Shown here: positions 55,154-64,000 of the stretch, one piece after another
Layout of the letters: each line of letters opens with the position of its first letter
How positions within the stretch are numbered: the stretch's first letter is position 1
Origin: a virus
Taxonomy: Duplodnaviria; Caudoviricetes
Virus record (IMG/VR): IMGVR_UViG_3300021387_000299
Coordinates: 113,820-177,819 of that record
Length of the DNA: 64,000 bases
Reading direction: 5' to 3' (one strand)
Translations under genes and position numbers: made by a program
Notes under the pieces: model-generated
Told to the model about the DNA's origin: nothing
The model's database searches: none
Seen by the model: only the letters and a program-made list of their open reading frames with translations

Positions 55154-56146
55154 ATGAAAACATTAAGCAATAGCGATGTTGCAATTATGGAAAGCTTGGT
55201 TAATGCAAATCAAAAAACTCTCCAAGGTGTATTATATAAATTTTTAAAGCAATATTACGAGAATGTAACAAATGATGAAAGTTTCTTATTTGCGGAAGGT
55301 GATATTCCTATTGCCCTTGTGGCGCATATGGATACAGTTTTTCCTCATCCCGCAGAAGAACTTTATTATGATCGCAAAAAGAATGTAATGTGGTCACCTA
55401 CTGGAATGGGCGCAGATGACAGAGCAGGAGTTTTTGCGATTCTTCAGATTATTCGCGCGGGATATAAACCACATGTAATTTTTACAACAGATGAAGAGAT
55501 AGGTGGTATTGGCGCAGAGGTATTGTCATATTTACCAAATCCATTTAAAGATCTTCGTTATATGATTCAATTAGATCGTAGGGGATCAAATGATTGTGTA
55601 TTTTATGATTGTGATAACCCAGATTTTGAAAAATATATTGAAAGTTTTGGATTCGTAACTGCATATGGTTCCTTCTCAGATATCAGTACAATTTGTCCAG
55701 AATGGGGTGTTGCAGGAGTAAATCTATCTATTGGATATAGAGATGAACATAGTGTTTCAGAAGTCTTATTCGTCGGGCAAATGCTTGATACAATTGAAAA
55801 AGTAAAGAAAATGCTTTCTGAAAAAGATATTCCACAGTTTGTATATATCCCTGCATATTATAGTTGGGATTATAATTATGGTTATGACTATGATTATTAT
55901 AAGCCAACTTCTCAGAATGAAATGACAACAAATATTAAATATAGATGTCATTACTGTAAATCAAAAAATGATGAAAAAGATGTTTTACCTATCAAATTAG
56001 TTAGAGGTGGAATCGGTTATATTTGCTCTAATTGTTTAACAACTAAGCCAGATGTTGAATGGTGTCAAAGATGTGGAGAACTTTTTGAAGTTGATCCAAA
56101 GCATCCATATTCAGCTTTTTGTAAAAGCTGTCGTAAAGGAAAATAA
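55154..56146 (+). CDS. M28/M20-like zinc peptidase with C-terminal Zn-ribbons
   Basis: AHMDTV, GADDRAG, DEEIG, SD, H motifs. Confidence 0.8.
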   Translation: MKTLSNSDVAIMESLVNANQKTLQGVLYKFLKQYYENVTNDESFLFAEGDIPIALVAHMDTVFPHPAEELYYDRKKNVMWSPTGMGADDRAGVFAILQIIRAGYKPHVIFTTDEEIGGIGAEVLSYLPNPFKDLRYMIQLDRRGSNDCVFYDCDNPDFEKYIESFGFVTAYGSFSDISTICPEWGVAGVNLSIGYRDEHSVSEVLFVGQMLDTIEKVKKMLSEKDIPQFVYIPAYYSWDYNYGYDYDYYKPTSQNEMTTNIKYRCHYCKSKNDEKDVLPIKLVRGGIGYICSNCLTTKPDVEWCQRCGELFEVDPKHPYSAFCKSCRKGK

Positions 56147-56195
56147 TTTCATTTTATAAAAATTTATGATATAATATATATGTAAGGAGATAAGA

Positions 56196-56507
56196 ATGGC
56201 AAGAGGATCAGTAGCAAAAGAAAAAGTTGCAGAAAAGATTAAAGCAGCTTTTGGCGCCGATTATGTCGGAGAAGTTGATAAAAAGGTATATGTTTGGGCT
56301 GATGACGGTGGGGAACGAGTTCAGATTGCGCTTTCCATGACATGTCCAAAAGTATTTGTCAATACTGTAGATACAGCAAGTCTTAATTACAACAGTGGAA
56401 TTGATTTTTCTGGAGAAGATACCGTAGTGGTTGCGCCAGAAAAGGTAGAAATTTCAGACGAAGAGAAAGAAAATGTTAGAAATCTGATGCAAAGATTAGG
56501 TTTATAA
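56196..56507 (+). CDS. Hypothetical protein
   Basis: AAGGAG RBS, own promoter. Confidence 0.75.
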   Translation: MARGSVAKEKVAEKIKAAFGADYVGEVDKKVYVWADDGGERVQIALSMTCPKVFVNTVDTASLNYNSGIDFSGEDTVVVAPEKVEISDEEKENVRNLMQRLGL

Positions 56508-56633
56508 AAAAATTGGACATTTTTAAAAAATTATTATATAATATATATGTAAGATAAATAAAGGCACTCGCAGCAAATTTTAAACAATACTTACCACAAC
56601 TTTAGTATCTGGATTAAATGTGCCTTGAATTTT

Positions 56634-56711
56634 GGGGGTATAGCTCAGCTGGTCCAGAGCAATCGGCTGTTAACCGATGTGTCGAAGGTTCAAATCCTTC
56701 TATCCCCGCCA
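56634..56711 (+). tRNA. tRNA-Asn(GTT)
   Basis: ATCGG-CTGTTAA-CCGAT; canonical arms; CCA. Confidence 0.95.
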
Positions 56712-56785
56712 TAGGGTTAAGGTCCCACAACAAACATAACCTTAAGAGAACGCCGGTAACTCTCTATAATTATCCCGGCTTTTCC

Positions 56786-56873
56786 GCCCATATGCGCCAA
56801 TTGGTAGGCAAGCTGACTTGAAATCAGTGCCAACTTAGCGGTTGTCGGGGTTCGAGTCCTCGTGTGGGCGCCA
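56786..56873 (+). tRNA. tRNA-Ser(TGA anticodon; reads UCA)
   Basis: GCTGA-CTTGAAA-TCAGT, long variable arm, G73, CCA. Confidence 0.85.
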
Positions 56874-56897
56874 TTTTTTATTTTGAGAGGTAAAATA

Positions 56898-57773
56898 ATG
56901 AAAGCGTTAAGAAAAATTGTGGCAACATCCATTGCTTTAGGTGTCGTAACAGGAATGGGAGTAAAGCCTTCTGAATTAGAAATATTGATGCCTATTCAAC
57001 CAAAAGCTGAACAAAAAATAGAAAAAATTACTAATATTTTTCCTATTTACGCTCTAAAAAATACTCATATCTTTTATAATGCCTCTTTACTTTCAGGCAC
57101 CGTAAAAAACATTTCTATTGGTGATACATTATATGCATCTGATTTACAAGATGGATATTATGTTGTAAGTAAAGGTCTTGTGAGAGAAAATGATTTTACC
57201 TTAGATAAAAAATATGTGTTCTATCCAATAGATAGAATTAAATATGCGCTGCCTGGAGCTAAAGGACTAGATGATTTTGATGGTACAGTTTTGTCTAATT
57301 ATTCATTAAATGATGAGATTCATTTAATCGGAAAAAATGATTATGGTTATTACTTAACAGACCAGAATGAATATATTAAAGCAACAGATGTGATGAATAC
57401 TCCATATACTGAAATTGTTCCAATTGCAGCGCAAGAAACCATTGCTTCTACTTATGCTCCACCAACAGGTTCTGGTAAATTAACACCAAGCGCAGGTGTA
57501 TTTTATGGGCCATCCGGTAAAGAAACATATTATAACTTACCGATGGATGGGGTAATTTCAATTGCCCAAGCCGCAGGCATCCAGGGCAATTATTGGGAAC
57601 GTGCGGACGGCGCAAAAATGTATGGTGATTATATTATATGCGCTTGTGGCTTTGACGTTCGTCCAAGAGGGACAATTGTTGAAACATCTCTTGGCGCAGG
57701 TATTTGTTTAGATACTGGAACGTTTGCTTATACAGACCCCTATCAAATTGATCTAGCCGTTACGTGGAATTAA
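56898..57773 (+). CDS. Secreted cell-wall-acting protein (SH3-like segments plus 3D/RlpA-like C-terminal domain)
   Basis: Signal peptide MKALRKIVATSIALGV; ETYY..GT.VET..G.GI..DTG..IDL. Confidence 0.65.
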   Translation: MKALRKIVATSIALGVVTGMGVKPSELEILMPIQPKAEQKIEKITNIFPIYALKNTHIFYNASLLSGTVKNISIGDTLYASDLQDGYYVVSKGLVRENDFTLDKKYVFYPIDRIKYALPGAKGLDDFDGTVLSNYSLNDEIHLIGKNDYGYYLTDQNEYIKATDVMNTPYTEIVPIAAQETIASTYAPPTGSGKLTPSAGVFYGPSGKETYYNLPMDGVISIAQAAGIQGNYWERADGAKMYGDYIICACGFDVRPRGTIVETSLGAGICLDTGTFAYTDPYQIDLAVTWN

Positions 57774-58007
57774 TAATTTTGGGTAAAAACTGTTAGTAAA
57801 ATAACTGGTGGTTTTTATATATTATGAAGGAACAAGGTCCTCCTGAAGGCGTGTAAAGAATATAAAAATATTGTCAAAATTTATGAATTAACTTCAAACT
57901 TGTTCCTTCATTTATTTGTATTTTTAAAAAATTTTTTATATAATATATATAGAAAGAAACAAATCCCCCCCTTCTTTCAATAGAGAGTTTTCTCTCTATT
58001 CTTATAC

Positions 58008-58097
58008 GCCCGTATACTCAAGTGGTCAAGAGGGCACACTGCTAATGTGTTAGGTCGATAACTCGGCGCGAAGGTTCAAATCCTTCTGCGGGCGCCA
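58008..58097 (+). tRNA. tRNA-Ser(GCT)
   Basis: GCACA-CTGCTAA-TGTGT, long variable arm, CCA. Confidence 0.92.
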
Positions 58098-58116
58098 TTT
58101 TATTTTGAGGGAAAGT

Positions 58117-58425
58117 ATGCAGATAAAACAAATTCGTTATTATAGTAAAGATTTATTTCAATCTTTAAACTATCCTGCGGATATTACAGTAGCTCAATTA
58201 GTGAATGGAGATCTTTTTTCTGAAAGTAAAGAAATTATGATTCGCGCCACTGAAGGCTTAAAATTTTCCATTAACGGCACAGAAGTGGTTATTGGACCAG
58301 TTGAGATTTACAACATTCCAGTAGAAGAGAATGTAAAGATTGAAAGTTTGAAATTAATTGAAGATTCAATTATTGATAAAAAGGATTGGTATGTTGTTAT
58401 TACTTTTATCCTAAATGAAGATTAA
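58117..58425 (+). CDS. Hypothetical protein
   Basis: GAGGG RBS before MQIKQIRYY. Confidence 0.7.
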   Translation: MQIKQIRYYSKDLFQSLNYPADITVAQLVNGDLFSESKEIMIRATEGLKFSINGTEVVIGPVEIYNIPVEENVKIESLKLIEDSIIDKKDWYVVITFILNED

Positions 58426-58691
58426 TTATTTGAAAATTTAAAAAAATTATTATATAATATATATGTAAATAAGGAAAAGACTCATAAACAGCAAAAATAT
58501 ATTCTGAAATTAAGGAAAAATGGTTGCCTTCCAAGCAACACGTCATATGCAGGATGAGTTCTATATGAGACAAACGGTGGCATCTTGGGGAGTATTCAAC
58601 GTTAGAGTCTTATGAGTCTAGTAAAAATCCTTATTTGAAAAAATAAAAAAATTATTATATAATATATATGTAAGGAAAAGATAAAAGAAAC

Positions 58692-58768
58692 TCTTAGATA
58701 GTTTATTATGGTAGAAACGGTCGCGTGCGCAGCGAAAGGTGCCGGTTCGATTCCGGCTTTAGGAGTCA
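58692..58768 (+). tRNA. Atypical/pseudo tRNA (anticodon position GCG)
   Basis: Good D- and T-arms (GCCGG-TTCGATT-CCGGC) but G32/C37 loop, mismatched first anticodon pair, TCA instead of CCA. Confidence 0.55.
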
Positions 58769-59103
58769 GCCTTACAAAAAGAGAGTCTCAGATGGTAGGG
58801 ACTATAAACTGCAAAGCCTTCAAGGATGTTGCCTGACTTGTGCAATCAAGGCATATGACCTATCAAGTAAGTAGCCGCCGCGGGGAGCATAAGGTGATGC
58901 AGATCCGTGGTAGGGACTGGTCATCCTTAGTGAAAACTTGATACCTACGCTAAATTAATGAGCAACCTTGACGTGGTGCGTAGGCTTTAGATCAAGACGT
59001 TGATCTTACACTAATGGCTCATAAAACATTCTGTTAGTTGCTTGGCAACGGGCGCAGGAGAAAGGTAAGTCGGACGTTAACCCTTTTCAGAATGTTCTCT
59101 TAT

Positions 59104-59176
59104 CCCGGGTTACACTGGATCGGTCCCAGGTCGGGCTCATATCCCGAAAAGGTGGGTTCAACTCCCACACCCGGAA
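59104..59176 (+). tRNA. Initiator tRNA-fMet(CAT)
   Basis: C1:A72 mismatch, GGG/CCC anticodon stem, CTCATAT loop; CCA not encoded. Confidence 0.85.
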
Positions 59177-59253
59177 CGAGAGGGGTGGCAAACCTCAGTA
59201 AAAACCACTTATTTTGACAAAATGAAAAAAATTTGTTAAAATAATATATGTAA

Positions 59254-60445
59254 GCTGAAAGTTAATCCATGGAAATATTAACTTTGATTGCTATTGTGAT
59301 AAAGTCAAGGAGTAAAACCTTGGTAGCAATCTTTCCAACTTCTAGGCGTTGGTTCGGGCAGATAGTGATACCCCCGATAAAAATCACTCCCATCCGTCAG
59401 GGTTACGACGTGCATATATGCGCCCTCAGCTTACTATGAGGGCAATCCCATACGATTTAAGCAACCTTGACGTGGTGTATGGGCTTTCCACTAATAGCTT
59501 AAATATTATATGTAAGGTCAAAACAGAATGCACCTGTCGGCGGTAAGTAGAGAAGTCTGACGTTGGCGCCATCCAAAAACGCAGGAGTAACGCCCTGCAC
59601 CGTGCGGCTAAACAAATGTGGGTCCGGCAAGCCTCCTTACATCTTGGGATCATAGAACAGCCTCCTCGTGGCGATCCTGGATAACCAACTAATGTTCTGG
59701 TGCGGCTTCGGCACCTTAGGATAACCCAGTGATGGGCTAAAGCGGAAAGTAGCGTAATCCGCGGTTGCGAAAGCAACTCTACAGAAAGCCATTCGCGCAT
59801 TTCCCTCGCTTCAATCAACGTGCAGGCGATTGATGTATGTTGGGGCCTTCGCTTGGCGGCGGAGAATAAGCTATGAAAATAGTGATAATGCGGAATGATA
59901 CCTGGTGCGAACTAAGCCAAAGGTTAGTGCTAGGATTATTAATGCGCCGACATGTTAGATGAAACGCCATGTGTCGACATTAAAGCAAGTAAGTGGCATG
60001 AAAGCAGCACGGTGTCGGGCGGGCTGTACTCAAAAGGTACGGAACCCAAACCAGCACCACATCGCGCAGTAAATCGCAAACACTTTAGCTGATAGGTTCA
60101 AATCCTGTACCATTGCAGAATTAATGGTTTCATTTGGTAAGATAAAAAGCAAAAGTGTGCTGGACGTAGTTTCAGAAAAATGGACTTATTCTCCTGGAAT
60201 ATGGAGACACCACTAGGTCGCAAGCTATAGAGTGAACGAGTACAATTAGTTGTCGTCAATAAATGCAGGGATGTATTGAACTCTTCCAAGAGGTTGGGCA
60301 ATGAACGGAATGTTATAATGAGCTACGTAAGATTCTACTGGTCTTCGCAAGATCAGAGTCCATGCCTACTACTCACTGAAAAGTTGAGTGTGAAAACGTG
60401 CGGCCAACCGCATAGGATGTAGGTATAACAGGTCAATTTCTCAGC
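59254..60445 (+). ncRNA. Large (~1.2 kb) structured ncRNA candidate, GOLLD/ROOL class
   Basis: Own TTGACA promoter at 59214, raised GC, no RBS-led ORF, many hairpins, 5' GCTGA pairs with 3' TCAGC, flanked by tRNAs. Confidence 0.65.
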
Positions 60446-60484
60446 CAGTTAAAAGTATAAATCCGAAAGGGTTTATTTCTTTAT

Positions 60485-60560
60485 GTGGGTGTCGTCTAAT
60501 GGCTTAAGACCTCTGCCTTCCAAGCAGATAATAAGGGTTCGATTCCCTCCATCCACTCCA
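60485..60560 (+). tRNA. tRNA-Gly(TCC)
   Basis: TCTGC-CTTCCAA-GCAGA; T73; CCA. Confidence 0.93.
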
Positions 60561-60645
60561 TTCCAATCCATTTTTTAAGGGCAAGTTATATTAAATGACT
60601 TGTCCCTTTTTTTATTATATTTGAAGTGAAGAAAGGAGAAAGTCG

Positions 60646-60960
60646 ATGATTACAGTGGTAAAAAATGAACGACAGACAGGGGTAAAAAGATACGTTTGTG
60701 ATAAATCAGATGAACTTTCTAAAATAGATCTTCGCACTACAGTTATGGGCAGCACTTGTTTTGTTATCGAAGAAGACGCTAACTATATTTTGAATAGTAG
60801 TTGGGAATGAAAAGCCGTTAAAAACTATGGCGGCGGAGGATCTGGCTCGGGTTCTGGATCTGATTCCTCTTCAGACGATGAACCAAGTGATACAATTCCT
60901 TCAGACACTCCAATAGATGAAGAGAACACCTATATTTGAGATGGTGGCGAAGTGCGCTAG
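60646..60960 (+). CDS. Small virion accessory protein (TGA 60808 and 60937 = Trp; not in ORF track)
   Basis: AAGGAG RBS; MGSTCFVIEE..YILNSSWE[W]K, Gly/Ser linker, YI[W]DGG. Confidence 0.75.
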
Positions 60961-60974
60961 GCGAGGTTTAACAT

Positions 60975-61340
60975 ATGGCAGAGATTGTATTAAAAACGAA
61001 GTTTCGCTTAAGAAGAGGAACATCTGAAGCCTGGAATAGAGTAAATCCTGTCTTACTATATGGAGAGCCAGGCTTTGAAAAAGATACCAACAAATTAAAG
61101 ATTGGTGATGGGGTAAAAGCTTGAAATGATTTACCTTATTTAACTCAAGATTTTCATATTGGAAAAGACAATAAAACTATAATTTATGAAAATAACCAGC
61201 TGGGTTTATATGGTTACGAAACTGCGGCAGTTGGTCAATTTCCAATTAAAGGTGAAAATAATCTTGAATGGATTAATCAAGCAGATTCAATTTCAAATTC
61301 AGAAATTGAATCTATATGTGTTAGAAAGGAGAATGCATAA
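60975..61340 (+). CDS. Mtd-N/hyaluronidase-N-like tail-fibre attachment domain protein (TGA 61122 = Trp; not in ORF track)
   Basis: LRRGTSEAWNRVNPVLLYGEPGFEKDTNKLKIGDGVKA[W]NDLPY; the family motif has W at this site. Confidence 0.88.
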
Positions 61341-62647
61341 TGGCAGATAAGAAGTTTTTAGACCAGGATGGTCTTGCTAAATTGTGGGAACTTATTAATG
61401 ATACTTTTGAAGATGCGACGGCCCATGAGCTAGATATTGAAGAACTTCGTTCTTTAATTCAAGAAGTGGATTCAAAAACAGATACAACAATTAGTTCCAA
61501 ATTAAATGAACTAGAAGCAAAAGTTGATGCGAATAAAGAACAAACTGATGCAGCCATTGAAACAAAAATTGCTGAAGTAGTTGATAATGCTCCAGAGGCA
61601 TTCGATACTTTAAAAGAATTGGCTGAATATGTGCAAAATGATGATGGACGAGCTTTAGATATGCTCGCTCGTATTAATGAATTAGAAAAAATGAAAGCTT
61701 TAACTGAGTTAGAAGTTGAAGAAATTTGTGAAAGAGTGAATATGACCACTAAGGTTGCTAGTGCTGATGAACTCGTAGCAGCTGCGGCCGCAGGTGGAAT
61801 TGTTAAACTATCTAGCGATATGTCTCTTACAGAACCAGTTTCTGTTCCAGCAGGCAAGAGTGTTGAACTTGACTTAAATGGTAAGACATTATCCGTACCA
61901 ACAAACGCTTTATTAGCTAATGGTGGTGAATTAAAGATTACTAACGGTACTGTCACTTCTACTAGTAGAATTGGTGCTGCTATTGGTGGTGGTAAGTTAA
62001 TTATTGAAAATGCTACTGCTAACAGTGGTGATGTTGCTTTCCAGGCAGCTGGTGAAGGTTCAGAATTAATTATCAATTCTGGTGAAATTACAGCTCAGGA
62101 ATGCGGTGCTTTAGTTACAACTAAGGGTGCATTTACAATGAATGGTGGTACAATCACATCTATTGATAATGCTGCTATCATGGGTAATGGTACAGTTAAA
62201 CCTGATAATGACCAAGGTCATGTTGTAATTAATTTCAACGGCGGTGAATTAAACTGCGGAATTACTTCTGCTGGTTATTCAGCATGCGGTATCTATATGC
62301 CTAATAGCGGTGAACTCAATGTCACAGGCGGCGTTATCAATGTCGAAAAGGGTTGCGGTATCTTAATGCGTGCTGGTCAGTTAAATATGACTGCTGGTGA
62401 AATCCATTGTGCTGATAACTCTGGTGTTGAAGGCGGATTCGTTGGTAAAGTTGGCGACAGCCGCGTTGTAGTACCATGTGCCGCAATCGTTATGGATGAC
62501 AAGGCTGCTTATCCTGGATTGGCTAATGGTCCATTCGGTGCTGAAATCGCTGATGGCGTTATCCTTGAATCTGCTCCTGGCCTTGACGATATTTGCTTCG
62601 TCAGTGATGATCCAAGTAAGATTAGCGTTGTAGACCATCGTGCTTAA
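61340..62647 (+). CDS. Fibre/adhesin-like virion protein with beta-helix-like repeats
   Basis: FLDQDGL..LW N-terminus, APEAFDTLKELA, LDLNGKT, repeated xNGGxI turns. Confidence 0.7.
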   Translation: MADKKFLDQDGLAKLWELINDTFEDATAHELDIEELRSLIQEVDSKTDTTISSKLNELEAKVDANKEQTDAAIETKIAEVVDNAPEAFDTLKELAEYVQNDDGRALDMLARINELEKMKALTELEVEEICERVNMTTKVASADELVAAAAAGGIVKLSSDMSLTEPVSVPAGKSVELDLNGKTLSVPTNALLANGGELKITNGTVTSTSRIGAAIGGGKLIIENATANSGDVAFQAAGEGSELIINSGEITAQECGALVTTKGAFTMNGGTITSIDNAAIMGNGTVKPDNDQGHVVINFNGGELNCGITSAGYSACGIYMPNSGELNVTGGVINVEKGCGILMRAGQLNMTAGEIHCADNSGVEGGFVGKVGDSRVVVPCAAIVMDDKAAYPGLANGPFGAEIADGVILESAPGLDDICFVSDDPSKISVVDHRA

Positions 62648-62750
62648 TTTTTAGTTTAATAACTCCTCTTTCTTAAAGAGGAGTTATTTTTTTTATTTTT
62701 TATAAAATTTTTGATATAATATAAATATAAAGAAAAGAAGGTGATGGCAG

Positions 62751-63290
62751 ATGACTAAAATCATATTTTTAGATATTGATGGAGTTCTTAATTGCAATTC
62801 TTCAGATCCTTATATGCCAAATGGATATGTTGGCATTGATGAGGATAAACTTCAAAATTTAAAATATATTGTTGATCAGACTGGAGCAGAAATTTATCTT
62901 ACTTCAACTTGGAAGCATGGTTGGTCACCAAGAGAAAGTGGTAAATTTATTCAAGATGATTTTGGCAATGAAATTGATTTTAGATTCTCTGCGGTCGGAC
63001 TTAAAATTACAAATAAGACCTATGAAGGACTTGGTGGTCGAGGAGATGGCATTTATCATGTGCTGATTACTCTAGATCCTGCGCCGGAAGGCTGGGTTGT
63101 ATTAGATGATGAATACTGGCCGGATTTCCCAATCTTTGACATCGACGCTCATTTCGTAAAGACCGAATGGTATGGAATGGGTTTAACCAAAGAAAAAGCT
63201 GATCTGGCAATTCAAATCTTAAATAATGAGATTGAAACGCAGTACGACAAATCCCTTTTTACATATCATGATCATAATGGAAAGGAATAA
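62751..63290 (+). CDS. HAD domain protein (Swiss-Army-knife RNA-repair type)
   Basis: IIFLDIDGVLN, LTSTWK, RGDGI, WVVLDD, GLT. Confidence 0.85.
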   Translation: MTKIIFLDIDGVLNCNSSDPYMPNGYVGIDEDKLQNLKYIVDQTGAEIYLTSTWKHGWSPRESGKFIQDDFGNEIDFRFSAVGLKITNKTYEGLGGRGDGIYHVLITLDPAPEGWVVLDDEYWPDFPIFDIDAHFVKTEWYGMGLTKEKADLAIQILNNEIETQYDKSLFTYHDHNGKE

Positions 63291-63533
63291 ATTGAAAAAA
63301 TAAAAAAATTATTATATAATATATATGTAAAAAGGAAAAGGCAAACAGAAATGGAAAAAAATAAAGTTTATGGTATGTCGTTCTTAGATGGATTGACTCT
63401 AGTGTTTATTGGTTTGAAACTTGCGAAAGTTATTGAATGGTCTTGGTGGTGGGTATTTTCACCCATGTGGATTCCATTCGTTCTTCTTCTTATTCTTGTT
63501 TTCTTAAATTGGCTTATTAACGGTTAAGTAGAG

Positions 63534-63767
63534 GTGAAAAAAATGAAAGTTTATGAAGGATATTTTAAGGCATATGAACATATCGGAGTCCCCGATGATA
63601 TGCCAATTGAGCAGATTCGAGACGCATTAGCTACTCATCTTAGTCATTATTATTTTGCAAATGTTGGTGCAGAAGATGTAGAAGGTGTTGAAGAGATTGA
63701 GGGATACGATCTGAATGATGAATTTTTATCTATCTACGGAGATGAAGACGAGGACGAAGACGAATAA
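63534..63767 (+). CDS. Small acidic hypothetical protein
   Basis: GAGG RBS region; DE-rich tail. Confidence 0.65.
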   Translation: MKKMKVYEGYFKAYEHIGVPDDMPIEQIRDALATHLSHYYFANVGAEDVEGVEEIEGYDLNDEFLSIYGDEDEDEDE

Positions 63768-63854
63768 TTATCTTGGAAAAATATAATAATTTGAAAAATT
63801 AAAAAAATTATTATATAATATATATGTAAGGTAAGGAAAGGTAAGAAATCTAAC

Positions 63855-64000
63855 GGGAGTGGTACCACCGAGTGGAGAGCCTCAAGCCCGAGGTCGTTGA
63901 ATGATGAAACGATACAACAGTACCAGTGGGGAGAAGGAGTCATGACCTTCGAAATTTCGACCATAGAAAGTGGCTGGGAGTCGTAGAAAGTATCCTAAAC
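63855..64000 (+). ncRNA. Start of a probable structured ncRNA (truncated by window)
   Basis: Middle-type promoter followed by GC-richer sequence with no RBS/ORF; GGTAC/GTACC and GAAGG/CCTTC stems. Confidence 0.4.

Larger units (their letters stand above)
43500..63830 (+). promoter_or_regulatory. Second (middle-type) promoter class, repeated many times
   Basis: TTGAWW/TTATTT-A-tract-TATAATATATATGTAA before 45212, 45538, 48218, 49499, 51972, 53756, 56196, 58478, 63855 and others; differs from the TTGACA class of 19-38 kb. Confidence 0.7.

Noticed and set aside
56786-56873. tRNA with TGA anticodon as the UGA suppressor
   Set aside because: Anticodon TGA decodes UCA (Ser); a UGA reader needs anticodon TCA. 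The long variable arm and G73 fit Ser.
56712-59210. HDV-like theta ribozymes after the tRNAs
   Set aside because: I could build only simple H-type pseudoknots, not the nested double pseudoknot; a motif search is still worthwhile.
59349-60301. ORFs 59349-59546, 59426-59818 and 60098-60301 as proteins
   Set aside because: No RBS, atypical composition, and they overlap a hairpin-rich region better explained as ncRNA.

Overview
A 64-kb segment of a large, AT-rich tailed phage (Caudoviricetes), most likely infecting a Firmicute (sigma-A consensus promoters, strong AAGGAGG/GAGAGG RBSs, parS and Rex-like boxes). Layout: (1) 1-17.8 kb, minus strand: morphogenesis operon (regulator-like gene, small/large terminase, portal, prohead protease/scaffold, major capsid, head-tail genes, major tail protein, tape-measure 5' end). 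(2) 19-38 kb, mainly plus strand: an early host-takeover-like module of tiny, individually promoted genes interleaved with repeated non-coding elements. (3) 38.7-43.4 kb: small minus-strand genes. (4) 43.5-64 kb: middle genes (RtcB, peptidase, HAD proteins), a tRNA/ncRNA cluster with a ~1.2-kb structured RNA candidate, and virion accessory genes. The ORF track fragments many genes because the phage appears dual-coded. I counted by hand 29 in-frame TGA codons in 16 genes, many at motif positions where Trp is expected. Early/middle genes still use TGA as stop, and the highest-copy virion proteins use only TGG. The least explained signal is a family of 10 antisense units, each a near-consensus sigma-A promoter firing into a ~12-bp GC hairpin whose stem differs in every copy but stays paired around a semi-conserved loop. 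Other highlights: two perfect parS sites, Rex-like boxes, a GTTAG-N6-CTAAC palindrome family, a probable -1 frameshift extension of the capsid protein, and tRNA-mimicking RNAs. All functional calls come from motif recognition by eye; no searches were run.
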